In this document: positions 1 to 10,238 of the stretch, piece after piece | How the letters are laid out: each line of letters starts with the position of its first letter | Position numbering within the stretch: position 1 is the first letter of the stretch | NCBI GenBank assembly: GCA_944371605.1 | Contig: CALVXU010000002.1 | Location: 27,754 to 91,753, forward strand | Length of the DNA stretch: 64,000 bases | DNA from: an uncultured Bacilli bacterium | GTDB lineage: Bacteria; Bacillota_I; Bacilli_A; RFN20; CAG-288 | Reading direction: 5' to 3' | Made by a program: the position numbers and the translations under genes | Notes under the pieces: generated by a model | Seen by the model: only the letters and a program-made list of their open reading frames with translations | Database searches by the model: none | Told to the model about the DNA's origin: nothing

Positions 1-377
1 ATCACGCTAAATCAGTCGGTGTTTTAGGTTCAGGAATCGAGTATTGCTATCCGAAAGAAAATAAACATATTTATGACTATTGCAAAGAGCATGGATTATT
101 GATTTCAGAATACCCATGTAATGTAAAACCTCTACCTGAGCATTTCCCGTTCAGAAATCGATTGATAGCTAGCGCATGTCAGGCGATGTTTGTTCCAGGT
201 GCTAGCCAACGTTCAGGGACTAGCACATCAATCAAATATGCGTTAGAAGCTGGGAAAGACATTTTAGCTTTACCATGCGATTTAGAAAATAATGATTTGA
301 CTGATTATTTAATTCATGATGGCGCTGATGTGATTATAAATGCTGACGACTTAATCGACGCGATGAATAAAAAATAA
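1..377 (+). CDS. dprA: DNA-processing protein DprA/Smf, C-terminal part (5' end lies outside the window)
   Basis: Frame 3 is open from the window edge. The translation (HAKSVGVLGSGIEYCYPKEN...FPFRNRLIASACQAMFVPGASQRSGTSTSIKYALEAGKDILALP) matches the conserved DprA Rossmann-like core. Classic dprA-topA gene order. Confidence 0.85.
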   Translation, partial: HAKSVGVLGSGIEYCYPKENKHIYDYCKEHGLLISEYPCNVKPLPEHFPFRNRLIASACQAMFVPGASQRSGTSTSIKYALEAGKDILALPCDLENNDLTDYLIHDGADVIINADDLIDAMNKK

Positions 378-409
378 TTTTTTTAGCTATGCTAAGTGTA
401 GTCTCTTTC

Positions 410-438
410 TTGACAATTGACGCACTTGTTAATAATAA
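410..438 (+). promoter_or_regulatory. Candidate SigA-type promoter upstream of topA (TTGACA-17 nt-TAATAA)
   Basis: TTGACA at 410-415, 17-nt spacer, TAATAA at 433-438. It sits about 30 nt upstream of the topA ATG, which is preceded by AAGGAGGG. Confidence 0.35.
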
Positions 439-466
439 TATTGTGCATTTTAAGGAGGGTGGCCAA

Positions 467-2590
467 ATGAAACTGATCATAGTTGAATCACCTCATAAGA
501 GTGACACTATCTCTCGCTTCTTAGGAAAAGATTATAAAATTGTTGCCAGCAAAGGCCATATTCGTGATTTAGCCAGCAATGGTAAAATGGGTTTGGGAGT
601 CGATGTCAACCATGACTTCAAGCCGACATATACTATTTCTAAGGACAAGATTAGTGTCGTCAAAGAGTTGAAATCAGATGTAAAAAAAGCAGATACAGTT
701 TATTTAGCTACCGACCCTGATCGTGAAGGGGAGGCTATCTCTTGGCATTTAGCCGAAGTCTTAGATCTTGATCCACAGACAACGCCACGATTAGAGTTTC
801 ATGAAATCACTAAACCAGCTATTTTAAAAGCTTTAAACAATCCTCGAACTATCGATTTAAAATTAGTTGAATCGCAAGAGACAAGAAGAATCATCGATAG
901 ATTGATGGGATATCGTCTCTCTAATATTCTTCAAAAGAAAATCAAATCACGCTCAGCTGGCCGTGTCCAATCAGTCGTATTAAAATTCATCGTCACACGT
1001 GAAAAAGAGATACAAGCATTTGTCCCTGTCGAATATTGGACGATTGATGGAGATTTCGCTGTCGGATCTAAATCCTTACACGCTGAGCTTGTCTCTTACA
1101 AAGATAAACCATTAAAGATTAACAACGCTGAAGAAGCAGAAAAAATAACTAGCGATTTACCGAAAGACTTTTTGATTAAAGCTATCAAAAAAGAAAATAA
1201 ATTCAAAGAACCAAAGCCTCCATTCATCACTTCTACCATGCAACAAGAAGCTTTTAATCAGTTCCATTTTTCAACTAAAAAGACATCTGCAATCGCTCAA
1301 AAATTATATGAAGGTGCCGAGATTAACGGGCAATTAACCGGTCTTATCACTTATATGAGAACGGACTCTACAAGATTATCTGATGAGTTCATAGCCAATG
1401 CTAAAACGTTTATTGCTAATAACTATGGGACAAATTATTTGGGCAAAGTCCATATGCAAAAGCAAACAAAGAATGTACAGGATGCACATGAAGCTATCAG
1501 ACCTACCGACTTAGATTTAACTCCTGAGGTTGTTAAGCCGTTCTTAGAAAAAGATGAATATCAGCTCTACTCTCTTATCTACAATCGAGCCCTCGCATCG
1601 TTGATGGCTAGTAGAATCACCGATTCCACAACAGTCTCTCTGACTGGTAATGACTATACTTTTTCAGCTAACGCCGCTGTCGAAATCTTTGACGGTTATT
1701 ATAAAGTATATGGCAAATATGAAGATAAAGATTCTAAGAAGTCTTTGCCGTCTTTAAAAGAAGGTGAAAAACTTCTCCTCAGCGAATTGCATCAAAATCA
1801 ACATTTCACAAAAGCACCGAGCAGATATAATGAAGGTAAAGTAGTCAAATTGATGCAGGAAAATGGTATCGGACGTCCTTCCACTTATGCGCCGACTATC
1901 ACCACCCTTTTAGCTAGAGATTATGTAGAAAACAAAAAAGGTTCTTTGATACCAACAGAACAAGGTGATTTGACAGTCGATAAACTGGATGAGTATTTTC
2001 CAAAATACATGGATGCCTCTTATACAGCTAAAATGGAAAGTGATTTAGATGCAATTGCTGAAGGAAAAGTAGATAAAAATACACTTCTTAACGCTTTTTG
2101 GTCTGAATTCCAAAAATATTATGATGATGCTGACCAAAATATGGAAAAAGTTCAACCAAAAGAAGTCGGAAGAAATTGTCCAAAATGCGGTTCACCACTA
2201 GTTTTGAGAAAAGGTAAATATGGTGAGTTTGTAGGATGCTCTAATTATCCAAATTGTAATTATATAGAGAAAGAAGAAAAAGAGTCTATCGATAAAACTT
2301 GTCCTATCTGCGGTTCTCAATTAGTGAAAAGAAAGAGTAAGAAAGGAGAATTCATCGGTTGCTCTAACTATCCGAAATGCCATTACATGGAAACATTAGA
2401 TGGTAAGCCTTTAGTTAAAGAAAAAGAAGAAGTAGTCATACCAGCCGATGCTCCTATCTGTCCGCGTTGCCATGAAGGACATTTGATCGCCAAAAAGAGT
2501 CGATATGGTAAAACCTTTATCGGTTGCTCTAACTATCCGAAATGCAAATATATTCAAAAAGATTCTGACGATGGAAAAAAAGCTGACTAA
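467..2590 (+). CDS. topA: DNA topoisomerase I (type IA) with three C-terminal zinc-ribbon repeats
   Basis: Start moved to the ATG at 467, which follows an AAGGAGGG RBS. The N-terminus MKLIIVESPHKS is the Toprim signature. DPDREGEAISWH and the YMRTDS active-site Tyr motif are present. There are three CPxCG...GCSNYPxCxY zinc-finger repeats at the C-terminus. Confidence 0.97.
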   Translation: MKLIIVESPHKSDTISRFLGKDYKIVASKGHIRDLASNGKMGLGVDVNHDFKPTYTISKDKISVVKELKSDVKKADTVYLATDPDREGEAISWHLAEVLDLDPQTTPRLEFHEITKPAILKALNNPRTIDLKLVESQETRRIIDRLMGYRLSNILQKKIKSRSAGRVQSVVLKFIVTREKEIQAFVPVEYWTIDGDFAVGSKSLHAELVSYKDKPLKINNAEEAEKITSDLPKDFLIKAIKKENKFKEPKPPFITSTMQQEAFNQFHFSTKKTSAIAQKLYEGAEINGQLTGLITYMRTDSTRLSDEFIANAKTFIANNYGTNYLGKVHMQKQTKNVQDAHEAIRPTDLDLTPEVVKPFLEKDEYQLYSLIYNRALASLMASRITDSTTVSLTGNDYTFSANAAVEIFDGYYKVYGKYEDKDSKKSLPSLKEGEKLLLSELHQNQHFTKAPSRYNEGKVVKLMQENGIGRPSTYAPTITTLLARDYVENKKGSLIPTEQGDLTVDKLDEYFPKYMDASYTAKMESDLDAIAEGKVDKNTLLNAFWSEFQKYYDDADQNMEKVQPKEVGRNCPKCGSPLVLRKGKYGEFVGCSNYPNCNYIEKEEKESIDKTCPICGSQLVKRKSKKGEFIGCSNYPKCHYMETLDGKPLVKEKEEVVIPADAPICPRCHEGHLIAKKSRYGKTFIGCSNYPKCKYIQKDSDDGKKAD

Positions 2591-3518
2591 AATTAATCGC
2601 ATCTCTTTAATCGCTGATGAGGAATTGAACGATTTTCTCATCTATTTACAAGAAGTCAAACAATATTCGATTAGAACAAAGATTTCCTATGGCGAAGATA
2701 TCGCCGATTTCTTAATATTTTTAAAAAACGCTAAGTGCTCAAAAAGTTCTATTAATAAAGAAATAATTCAACAATTTATTTTAGAATTAAATGTAAGAAA
2801 ACTAAGTAAGTCCAGCATCAAACGCTATTTGGCTTCTCTCAGGCATTTCTATAATTATCTTTATAAATATAAAGGATATGAGAATAACCCGTTCGATACG
2901 ATAACTTCCCCTAAAAAAGATAAAAAATTGCCTAGTTTTTTAACCGCTAAAGAAATGATTGAATTCTTGGATGCCAATGAAAAAAGAACTGATTTTTTAC
3001 AGATACGAGATCAAGCCATTCTCGAGCTAATGTTTTCCACAGGGCTAAGAGCCTATGAAGTCATCAACTGTCAAATCAAAGAACTCGACTTCGCTGATCG
3101 AACTTTACGAGTGATCGGAAAAGGTGATAAGGAGAGAATCGTGCCTTTCGGAAGAAAAGCAAAAGAATGTGTTCTTCGATATTTGAAAGAAAATCGTCAT
3201 CTTCTTTTACAAGATAAAAAAGATGAAGGATATCTATTTCTCTCTATGCATGGTGATAAACTGACTGAGCGTGGGCTAGAGCACATCATCTCTAATTGTG
3301 CTTTTAAGGCGGGATTTTCTTTAAAAGTTCACCCACATATGATCAGGCATTCATTCGCTACTCATCTATTAAATAGCGGTATGGATTTAAGAATGTTACA
3401 AGAACTACTAGGACATTCATCCATTTCTACAACGGCGATTTATACTCACATCTCCTTAGATGATTTAAAAAAGACCTACGATAAATGCTTTCCTAAAATT
3501 TTTAAAAATGATAATTAG
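2571..3518 (+). CDS. xerC: Tyrosine site-specific recombinase XerC/XerD family (CodV-like position after topA)
   Basis: C-terminal catalytic motifs: HPHMIRHSFATHLL, GMDLRMLQELLGHSSISTTAIYTH. N-terminal SAM-like core-binding domain. The ATG at 2571 overlaps the topA 3' end by 20 nt. Confidence 0.85.
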   Translation: MEKKLTKINRISLIADEELNDFLIYLQEVKQYSIRTKISYGEDIADFLIFLKNAKCSKSSINKEIIQQFILELNVRKLSKSSIKRYLASLRHFYNYLYKYKGYENNPFDTITSPKKDKKLPSFLTAKEMIEFLDANEKRTDFLQIRDQAILELMFSTGLRAYEVINCQIKELDFADRTLRVIGKGDKERIVPFGRKAKECVLRYLKENRHLLLQDKKDEGYLFLSMHGDKLTERGLEHIISNCAFKAGFSLKVHPHMIRHSFATHLLNSGMDLRMLQELLGHSSISTTAIYTHISLDDLKKTYDKCFPKIFKNDN

Positions 3519-3591
3519 TTCAATTCTTCTAAATATCTCATTCCAGTTTAGTAAAATAATAGCGCTGTTTTCTTATTTTTAGGAGAGTGAT

Positions 3592-4275
3592 ATGCCAGGT
3601 GTTATTTTTGATTTTAATGGGACTATGTTCTTTGATGATGATAAACATGTGGTCTCTTGGAAAGAATTTGCTGAATTGAAGTTCCGAGTCACTTTGACTG
3701 ATGAAGATTTCGATGAACATATACATGGTCATAATAATGCAGAAATATTAAGTTTTTTAGCTAGAAGAAGCTTCACCAAAGCTGAAGTGTTTCAACTCGC
3801 TAAAGAAAAAGAACTGCTCTATCAAAAACTCTGTGAAAGAGACACGCAACACTTGCATCTATCGCCTGGACTAGAAGCATTTTTAACCATTTTAAAAAAG
3901 CATAACGTTAAGCTAGCGATAGCGACTGCGAGCATGAAGCCAAATGTTGACTGGTATATTAAAACATTTGATCTTTTGCGCTTTTTTAAAAAAGAAAACA
4001 TCATATATGATGATGGGACATTAGATAGAGGTAAACCAGATCCATTAATCTATCAAAGAGCTTTTAAAGCTTTAAACATAACACCTGAAGAAGCAATCAT
4101 TTTTGAAGACTCTCTTTCTGGTCTTCAAAGCGCTATCACAAGCAAAGCTAAATACGTCATTTCCATAAGCGATCGAAAAAACAAAAATTTTGATTTGCCT
4201 GGTATCAAATATAGGTTGAATGATTTTAATGATATTCCACAAGAGATATGTGATTTCTTGAAAATAAACGAGTGA
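3592..4275 (+). CDS. HAD-superfamily hydrolase, beta-phosphoglucomutase-like subfamily IA
   Basis: AGGAGAG RBS. Motif I is VIFDFNGT (a DxN variant). Motif III/IV region is GKPDP...IIFEDSLSGLQSA. Confidence 0.75.
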   Translation: MPGVIFDFNGTMFFDDDKHVVSWKEFAELKFRVTLTDEDFDEHIHGHNNAEILSFLARRSFTKAEVFQLAKEKELLYQKLCERDTQHLHLSPGLEAFLTILKKHNVKLAIATASMKPNVDWYIKTFDLLRFFKKENIIYDDGTLDRGKPDPLIYQRAFKALNITPEEAIIFEDSLSGLQSAITSKAKYVISISDRKNKNFDLPGIKYRLNDFNDIPQEICDFLKINE

Positions 4276-4437
4276 TAAAAAGTGAAAATCCGAAATAGAT
4301 AACATATAAAAAATTTCGTTTTGTATCAAGTCGATATGAATTAAGGCAAAATAATCAAAAATATAAATGTTATAAACAACTTTATTTATAATAAACATAT
4401 CTTTATAATTACATAATTGTTTTTGAGGTGTTCACAT

Positions 4438-6612
4438 ATGAGAAAAAACTTTATCGCTTTAAGCACATTACTATTTGCTTTACCTGCAATATCGCTTACT
4501 TCTTGTGATCAAAGCACAGATAAAAGATTAGAGATAGTGACGATGCCGACCAGAGTCGAATATTATCGTTATGAATTATTTGACTCTTCTGGATTAATCG
4601 TCAATGCTAGCGAATATCGAGGAGATTCGCTGGTCAAGAGTGAAGAAACAACTGATTACAATATCACTTTTAGAGATAGTGGTGAAATCATTGATGAAAA
4701 CACGGTCTTTAAAGAGACTGGTTCTGAAATCGTCTTATCTATCAACAAAGAAGGATATGATAGCGCATATTTTGCAGTCAAAGTAGAAAATGTCAGCGGT
4801 GTCAGACAAGAGATAGAAATAGTTTCTTTACCTGAGACACACTATCAACCAGGTGATACCTTCTCATCTGAAGGTTTAAGCTTAAATCTTGTAACCACTT
4901 TTAGAACGATTAATGATGGTCAAAAAAAGGTCAGCAGTGCTTTGACAGATTATGATTTAACCATCGATTCCGAAACAGCTGATGGTTACCAGTTACCACT
5001 AGAAAATGGTCGTGTGCCGGTCACTATCACAACCACTGCTTATGACGGCGATGAACTGAGCACCACTTTCGGTGTCTTTGTGCTTAGACAAACGGTGGAA
5101 GGACCGACCATCTATGAAGACGATACCATCCATTTAGTTGAAGATGATAATTCCTTAACCGTCTCAATCGATGGTTTCCAAGAAAGCAGCGCTGACGATA
5201 AAGGTTATTATTCGCCAGATGAAGTAGAATTAGGTTCTACATTTTACGACTATTCTCAACATAGCTATGATAACTGGAAATATGCTCCTAGTTATTCAAA
5301 GACTGGAACACAACAAACACCTCTTCTAGTCGTTCCTGTGATTGTTCCTGGCTATGAATCGATGGCGACAGATGCCAATTGGGACATCATCAAAAAAGTC
5401 TTTTTTGGTGATTCTGGCGATATGAAATTTGAGTCTTTGCATTCATATTATTACAAATCCAGTAATGGCAAACTCGATATCACTGGAACTATCACTGATT
5501 ATTATTTTGCTAGTGATGAGTCATCTTTATTCGACAAAAGTGATATCAAAGACTATCAAGTCGCACTGCTAGCTCAAGATTGTGCAGAATGGGCTAAAGA
5601 CATTTATAATCTCAATCTACAAGATTATGATTCCGATAAAGATGGTCTCATCGATGCTATGTGGTTAGTCTATATCGGGCCTATGAGCAATGATTATTCA
5701 GCATACTGGGCATTTTCATCAACAACGATGGCAGAAGGAGATGTCGAAAATCCTAAGGTCAACAATTATGGTTGGTGTGGCTTTGATTTCTTAACCACAA
5801 GTAGTGATGATTTTGCTAATGAAGACGCGCATGTTGTAATCCATGAAACTGGGCACATGCTAGGTCTAAATGATTATTATTCTTATGCCTATAGCCATTA
5901 TGGACCTCTCGGAAGAATCGACATGATGGATAATAATGTTGGTGATCATAACGGATATTCAAAAATGATGTTAGGATGGACTAAACCATATATAGCTTAT
6001 GGTGATTGTGAAATAACCATCCCATCTTCATTACATGAAAATGCGATAATTGTCATCCCATATGATGGTAAAACGTATCAAAAGAATAGCGCAGGAAAAT
6101 ACATCTTTAATCCTTTCGATGAATACCTTTTATTAGAATTCTATGTTCCTGATGATCTCAACGAATTAGATTATGATTATTATAATGTCCAAACCATTAA
6201 AGACTATGGATTAAGGGTCTATCACGTAGATAATCGCTTAGCTCATGTCGAAAATGGCAGATGGTCTTTCTACCAAAATCCTGATGATGGAATAGCCGAT
6301 ACAAGCGGAAATCGCAACGCTATTATTTCAAATACTGAGACTAATGAAGGTAGCGCATATGGTTATGGTGAATCATATTATGCTGGTATTTCTGAAAGTG
6401 CAAATCGCTTCGACGAGATCAGATGGATCACTCAAGACAATACTTATCTTAGCCAAAACTATAGCATTGAACGCAATCCGAATATCCTTTTCAAAACTGA
6501 AGATGAATTCACTTTAGACACTTATAAGTCGCAATTCAACGATGATGGCTTCAATTGCGGTGAAGCATTCACTTCTAGCTTTAGAGTGACAGAAATTCGA
6601 TACCAAGCTTAA
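4438..6612 (+). CDS. M6-family (immune inhibitor A-like) zinc metalloprotease lipoprotein with N-terminal Ig-like repeats
   Basis: ATG at 4438 follows GAGGTG. Signal peptide plus lipobox: LPAISLTSC. Zinc motif HETGHMLGLNDYY (HExxHxxGxxD). FESLHSYYYKSSNGKL resembles the M6 domain. Confidence 0.75.
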   Translation: MRKNFIALSTLLFALPAISLTSCDQSTDKRLEIVTMPTRVEYYRYELFDSSGLIVNASEYRGDSLVKSEETTDYNITFRDSGEIIDENTVFKETGSEIVLSINKEGYDSAYFAVKVENVSGVRQEIEIVSLPETHYQPGDTFSSEGLSLNLVTTFRTINDGQKKVSSALTDYDLTIDSETADGYQLPLENGRVPVTITTTAYDGDELSTTFGVFVLRQTVEGPTIYEDDTIHLVEDDNSLTVSIDGFQESSADDKGYYSPDEVELGSTFYDYSQHSYDNWKYAPSYSKTGTQQTPLLVVPVIVPGYESMATDANWDIIKKVFFGDSGDMKFESLHSYYYKSSNGKLDITGTITDYYFASDESSLFDKSDIKDYQVALLAQDCAEWAKDIYNLNLQDYDSDKDGLIDAMWLVYIGPMSNDYSAYWAFSSTTMAEGDVENPKVNNYGWCGFDFLTTSSDDFANEDAHVVIHETGHMLGLNDYYSYAYSHYGPLGRIDMMDNNVGDHNGYSKMMLGWTKPYIAYGDCEITIPSSLHENAIIVIPYDGKTYQKNSAGKYIFNPFDEYLLLEFYVPDDLNELDYDYYNVQTIKDYGLRVYHVDNRLAHVENGRWSFYQNPDDGIADTSGNRNAIISNTETNEGSAYGYGESYYAGISESANRFDEIRWITQDNTYLSQNYSIERNPNILFKTEDEFTLDTYKSQFNDDGFNCGEAFTSSFRVTEIRYQA

Positions 6613-6664
6613 TTTTACTTTTTATTCGATTGACAATTTATAATATTTGATGAGGTGATTAAAA

Positions 6665-7864
6665 ATGTATTGTACACGTAAAATACTTGATGATTTATTC
6701 TATGTAGGAGCTAGTGATAAAAGACTTGAAAGATTTGAAAATCTTTTCCCAATCCAAGATGGTGTCTCTTATAACTCTTACTTATTCACAGATAAAAAAA
6801 CATGTTTGATGGATACTGTTGATACTTCAGTCTCGCGTCAGTTTTTGGAAAACGTCCAGCATGTTCTAAACGGAAGAAGACTGGATTATTTAGTCATTCA
6901 GCACATGGAACCAGATCATTGTGCAAACATCGAAGAGATTCTTTTGCGCCATCCAGAAACAATAGTTGTTGGAAATAGTAAAACTTTTGCTTTTATCAAG
7001 CAATTTTATCCTGATTTAAACCTAGAAGGACAAACATTAGTAGTCAAAGAAGGTGATACTCTCGATTTAGGGACACATGTTTTAAAATTCGCCTTTACTC
7101 CTATGGTTCATTGGCCAGAAGTGATGATGTCTTTTGATATCAATTATGGCTTGCTTTTCTCAGCGGATGCTTTCGGGACATTTAAAGCCTTAGATGGCAA
7201 CCTATACGCTGATCAAGTAGATTTTGATCGTGATTTTTTAGATGAGGCGAGAAGATATTATACAAATATCGTCGGCAAATATGGATTACAAGTTCAAATG
7301 GCCTTCAAAAAGTTAGCTGGGTTAGATATAAAAATGATTCTGCCATTACATGGACCAGTATTCCGAAAAGATCTCCAATACATCTTAGACAAATATCAAC
7401 ACTGGTCAACTTATACTCCTGAGACAAAAGGTGTCATAATCGTTTATGGATCGATGTATGGCAATACTGAAAATGCTGCTTTCATCCTCGCAAATAAACT
7501 TTCTGAAATCGGTGTTGATAATATTCGTGTTTATGATGCTTCCAAAACTACCCCTTCAGTTTTAGTGGCTGAAAGTTTTAAAGTATCAAATATCGTCTTA
7601 GTGACCCCGACTTACAACAATACCATATATCCTGCAATCGATATTTTTATCGACGATTTCTTACGCATGAATTTACAAAATAGAACGCTTACTTTAATTC
7701 AGAATGGTACTTGGGCACCACAGGCTAACAATCTCATCAAAAATAAACTTTGTAAAGCCAAGTTTAACTACACTTCTACAGAGGTGACTATAACTTCTAG
7801 TGTTGATGAAAAAACAGCTTCTGAACTAGAAAAAGTCGCGCAAGAAATAAAAGCAACTTTTTAA
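6665..7864 (+). CDS. A-type flavoprotein / flavodiiron protein (metallo-beta-lactamase fold + flavodoxin domain)
   Basis: Di-iron ligand motif HMEPDHCANI. The C-terminal flavodoxin-like segment VIIVYGSMYGNTE is typical of FprA-family O2/NO reductases in anaerobes. Confidence 0.85.
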   Translation: MYCTRKILDDLFYVGASDKRLERFENLFPIQDGVSYNSYLFTDKKTCLMDTVDTSVSRQFLENVQHVLNGRRLDYLVIQHMEPDHCANIEEILLRHPETIVVGNSKTFAFIKQFYPDLNLEGQTLVVKEGDTLDLGTHVLKFAFTPMVHWPEVMMSFDINYGLLFSADAFGTFKALDGNLYADQVDFDRDFLDEARRYYTNIVGKYGLQVQMAFKKLAGLDIKMILPLHGPVFRKDLQYILDKYQHWSTYTPETKGVIIVYGSMYGNTENAAFILANKLSEIGVDNIRVYDASKTTPSVLVAESFKVSNIVLVTPTYNNTIYPAIDIFIDDFLRMNLQNRTLTLIQNGTWAPQANNLIKNKLCKAKFNYTSTEVTITSSVDEKTASELEKVAQEIKATF

Positions 7865-7917
7865 AAATAAAATAATTATTTTTCTTCTTTTATCTCGCAT
7901 TTTAGCTTATACTTTTA

Positions 7918-8736
7918 GTGCTAGGAAATTATCAAATGTTTTTTACAACTGTTTTGACAGAAGCTGATACAACAAGCTCAACAATCGAAAATATCATCCA
8001 CAATTTCAACACTCCAACTTATGTCATCGATTTTGCTGTATCAATTTTATTTCTAGTGCTGATAACTGCTTTTAGCGCATATAAAATTCGAAGAATAGCA
8101 ACGACTCTTTTTTACATTATTTTCGATTTAATCTTTATTATCTCGATGATATTTGATCTATCTATGCTCTCTTTCTTAGCAGCGATAATCATCATTGGCG
8201 GAACGATTGTTTTCATGTTTATCAACTCAGGAATCATCCGTTCTTATGTTGCAATACCTCTTAAGAAAGGGAAGATTAAGCAAGTCAAAACATATGATAA
8301 AGAAAAGGTCATTCAAAATATTATCACAGCTGTCAATTGGCTTAGTGCAAATAAGGTTGGCGCTTTGATAACATTTGAAAGAAGCACTCCTTTGAACGAT
8401 TTTATAAAAAATGGCACTACGATCAATTGCCCTGTGACTCCAGAGATTATCGAGACTATTTTTTACGAAGGAACAAGACTACATGATGGGGCGATTGTCA
8501 TCAAAGATGATTTGATAGTCGCTGCTGCTGTTTATTATCCGCCATCAACTAAAGAAATCGTTGGTAAATTCGGTGCTAGACACCGCGCCGCTTTAGGAAT
8601 ATCAGAGATCACCGATGCGATAACAATCGTTGTCTCTGAAGAAACTGGTCGCATCTCAATCACACATGGCGGACTGATCGACAATATCAAAGAGGATGAA
8701 TTTGAAAAAATATTTAGAAATCAAATAGCAGACTGA
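7918..8736 (+). CDS. cdaA: Diadenylate cyclase CdaA (membrane-anchored DisA_N domain)
   Basis: Three N-terminal TM helices, then GALITFER, LHDGAIVI and GARHRAALGISEITDAITIVVSEETGRISI. The start is uncertain: GTG at 7918 or ATG at 7936. Confidence 0.9.
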   Translation: MLGNYQMFFTTVLTEADTTSSTIENIIHNFNTPTYVIDFAVSILFLVLITAFSAYKIRRIATTLFYIIFDLIFIISMIFDLSMLSFLAAIIIIGGTIVFMFINSGIIRSYVAIPLKKGKIKQVKTYDKEKVIQNIITAVNWLSANKVGALITFERSTPLNDFIKNGTTINCPVTPEIIETIFYEGTRLHDGAIVIKDDLIVAAAVYYPPSTKEIVGKFGARHRAALGISEITDAITIVVSEETGRISITHGGLIDNIKEDEFEKIFRNQIAD

Positions 8737-8853
8737 TTTATAGACTATAACAATCAAAAAGAACTCGCATCGATTGTTGTGGTCTTTTTTATTTTTGGAC
8801 GTCATCAGTTTAGAAATTATGATAAAATTATTAATAAATTTAGGAGGTGCAAA

Positions 8854-9564
8854 ATGTCAACACCACATAATGAAGCAAAAGCTGGAGAAATCGCTAAAAC
8901 AGTATTGATGCCGGGTGATCCATTGAGAGCCAAATTTATCGCTGATAATTTTTTGACTGATGTCAAACAATTTAACAGCGTTAGGAATATGCTCGGTTTT
9001 ACTGGCTACTATAATGGAAAAAGAGTTTCTGTCATGGGCTCTGGTATGGGAATTCCATCCATCGGTATTTATTCTTATGAACTCTATCATCACTATGATG
9101 TAGATAGAATCATTCGTGTAGGAACTGCTGGTGCTATTCAGCCAGACTTAAATCTCTTTGACATCGTCATAGCTAATGGCGCGTCGACTAATTCAAATTG
9201 GGCAAGTCAATATAATCTACCAAAAGGAACATTGAGTGCGACTGCAAGCTTCGACGCCTTAGAAGCAGCTGTCAATTCAGCTAGGAAGCATCAATTCAAA
9301 TATCGTGTTGGACAAGTGTTTTCTTCTGATAATTTTTACAATGATCCTGAATCCGTTTGGTCTCGTTGGGCTAAAATGGGCATCACTTGCTGTGAGATGG
9401 AAGCCTATGGACTATATTGCACTGCTTTAGAAGCTCATAAAGAAGCTTTAGCTATCGTCACCATCTCTGATTCGATGATAACTCACCAAGAAACAACCAG
9501 TGAAGAACGGGTGAAATCATTCACCAACATGATGAAAGTAGCCTTAGATTGTATCAAAGAATGA
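8854..9564 (+). CDS. deoD: Purine nucleoside phosphorylase DeoD-type
   Basis: ATG at 8854 follows AGGAGGTG. MSTPHNEAKAGEIAKTVLMPGDPLRAKFIA, GMGIPSIGIYSYEL and CEMEAYGLY match hexameric PNP. Confidence 0.93.
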   Translation: MSTPHNEAKAGEIAKTVLMPGDPLRAKFIADNFLTDVKQFNSVRNMLGFTGYYNGKRVSVMGSGMGIPSIGIYSYELYHHYDVDRIIRVGTAGAIQPDLNLFDIVIANGASTNSNWASQYNLPKGTLSATASFDALEAAVNSARKHQFKYRVGQVFSSDNFYNDPESVWSRWAKMGITCCEMEAYGLYCTALEAHKEALAIVTISDSMITHQETTSEERVKSFTNMMKVALDCIKE

Positions 9565-10238
9565 TCACTACTATTATTGTCATTATTTTTATCGTCTTAA
9601 TATTTTTTATCCTTTTATTCGCTTTATTATACCCTGAAATAAAGAGAACATTGGAAAAGCATTTTTATCGAAAAAAAATTTATAAAGTTTTACACTATTA
9701 CGCGGAAGAGAATGATGAATTGCTGATTAACGATATCGATTTATATCTCTCACAAAGTGATGAGGATTTAAAGCCGACACATTTTGATCACATTCTCCTC
9801 ACCAAAAAATATGTCTATGTCTTTCTTGATTTTTATGCGTATGGTGGACTATATGGCAATTTAAACGATAATTATCTTTTCCTCAAAAACTACCATAATA
9901 AAGTCAAAAAAATCATCAACCCTGTTTTAGCTAATGAAATAAATGTGAAGAAACTTGAGCGCTTAGTTCACAATCCTAATGAAGATGAGGAGCCGAGTTG
10001 TTTTGTTTCGGTAGTCTGTTATAACAACTCTCTAATAGTTTCTGATAACTTAAAGAAAAACCAATTTTCTTCCGTCTTCATCCCATATAAAAATTTAGCT
10101 AAAGAAATAAAAGTGATTGAGCAAGATAATGTGCCACTCATACCCGATGCTTTGACTGAAGCTTTAGTCAACAATATCAAAAAGCGTTCCGATGATATCA
10201 AGGAGGACATAAGAAGCAAGAAAAAGAGGCAGAAATGA
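9561..10238 (+). CDS. Membrane-anchored NERD-domain protein
   Basis: One N-terminal TM helix. NERD-like core: ELLINDIDLYL...FDHILLTKKYVYVFLDFYAYGGLYG. ATGA overlaps with deoD upstream and copA downstream. Confidence 0.6.
   Translation: MITTIIVIIFIVLIFFILLFALLYPEIKRTLEKHFYRKKIYKVLHYYAEENDELLINDIDLYLSQSDEDLKPTHFDHILLTKKYVYVFLDFYAYGGLYGNLNDNYLFLKNYHNKVKKIINPVLANEINVKKLERLVHNPNEDEEPSCFVSVVCYNNSLIVSDNLKKNQFSSVFIPYKNLAKEIKVIEQDNVPLIPDALTEALVNNIKKRSDDIKEDIRSKKKRQK

Noticed and set aside
389-466. N-terminal extensions in the ORF track (topA from 389, deoD from 8779, guaA from 28337, the M6 protease from 4417, GH29 from 35516, pip from 46099, degV to 63876, DUF1904 to 57090)
   Set aside because: In each case an internal ATG preceded by a GGAGG-like RBS coincides with the conserved family N-terminus. 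The upstream extension starts at a non-ATG or RBS-less codon.
2571-3518. Tyrosine recombinase as the integrase of a mobile element
   Set aside because: It sits in the conserved dprA-topA-xerC housekeeping context, overlaps topA, and has no flanking direct repeats, excisionase or cargo genes. It is most likely the chromosome-dimer resolvase.
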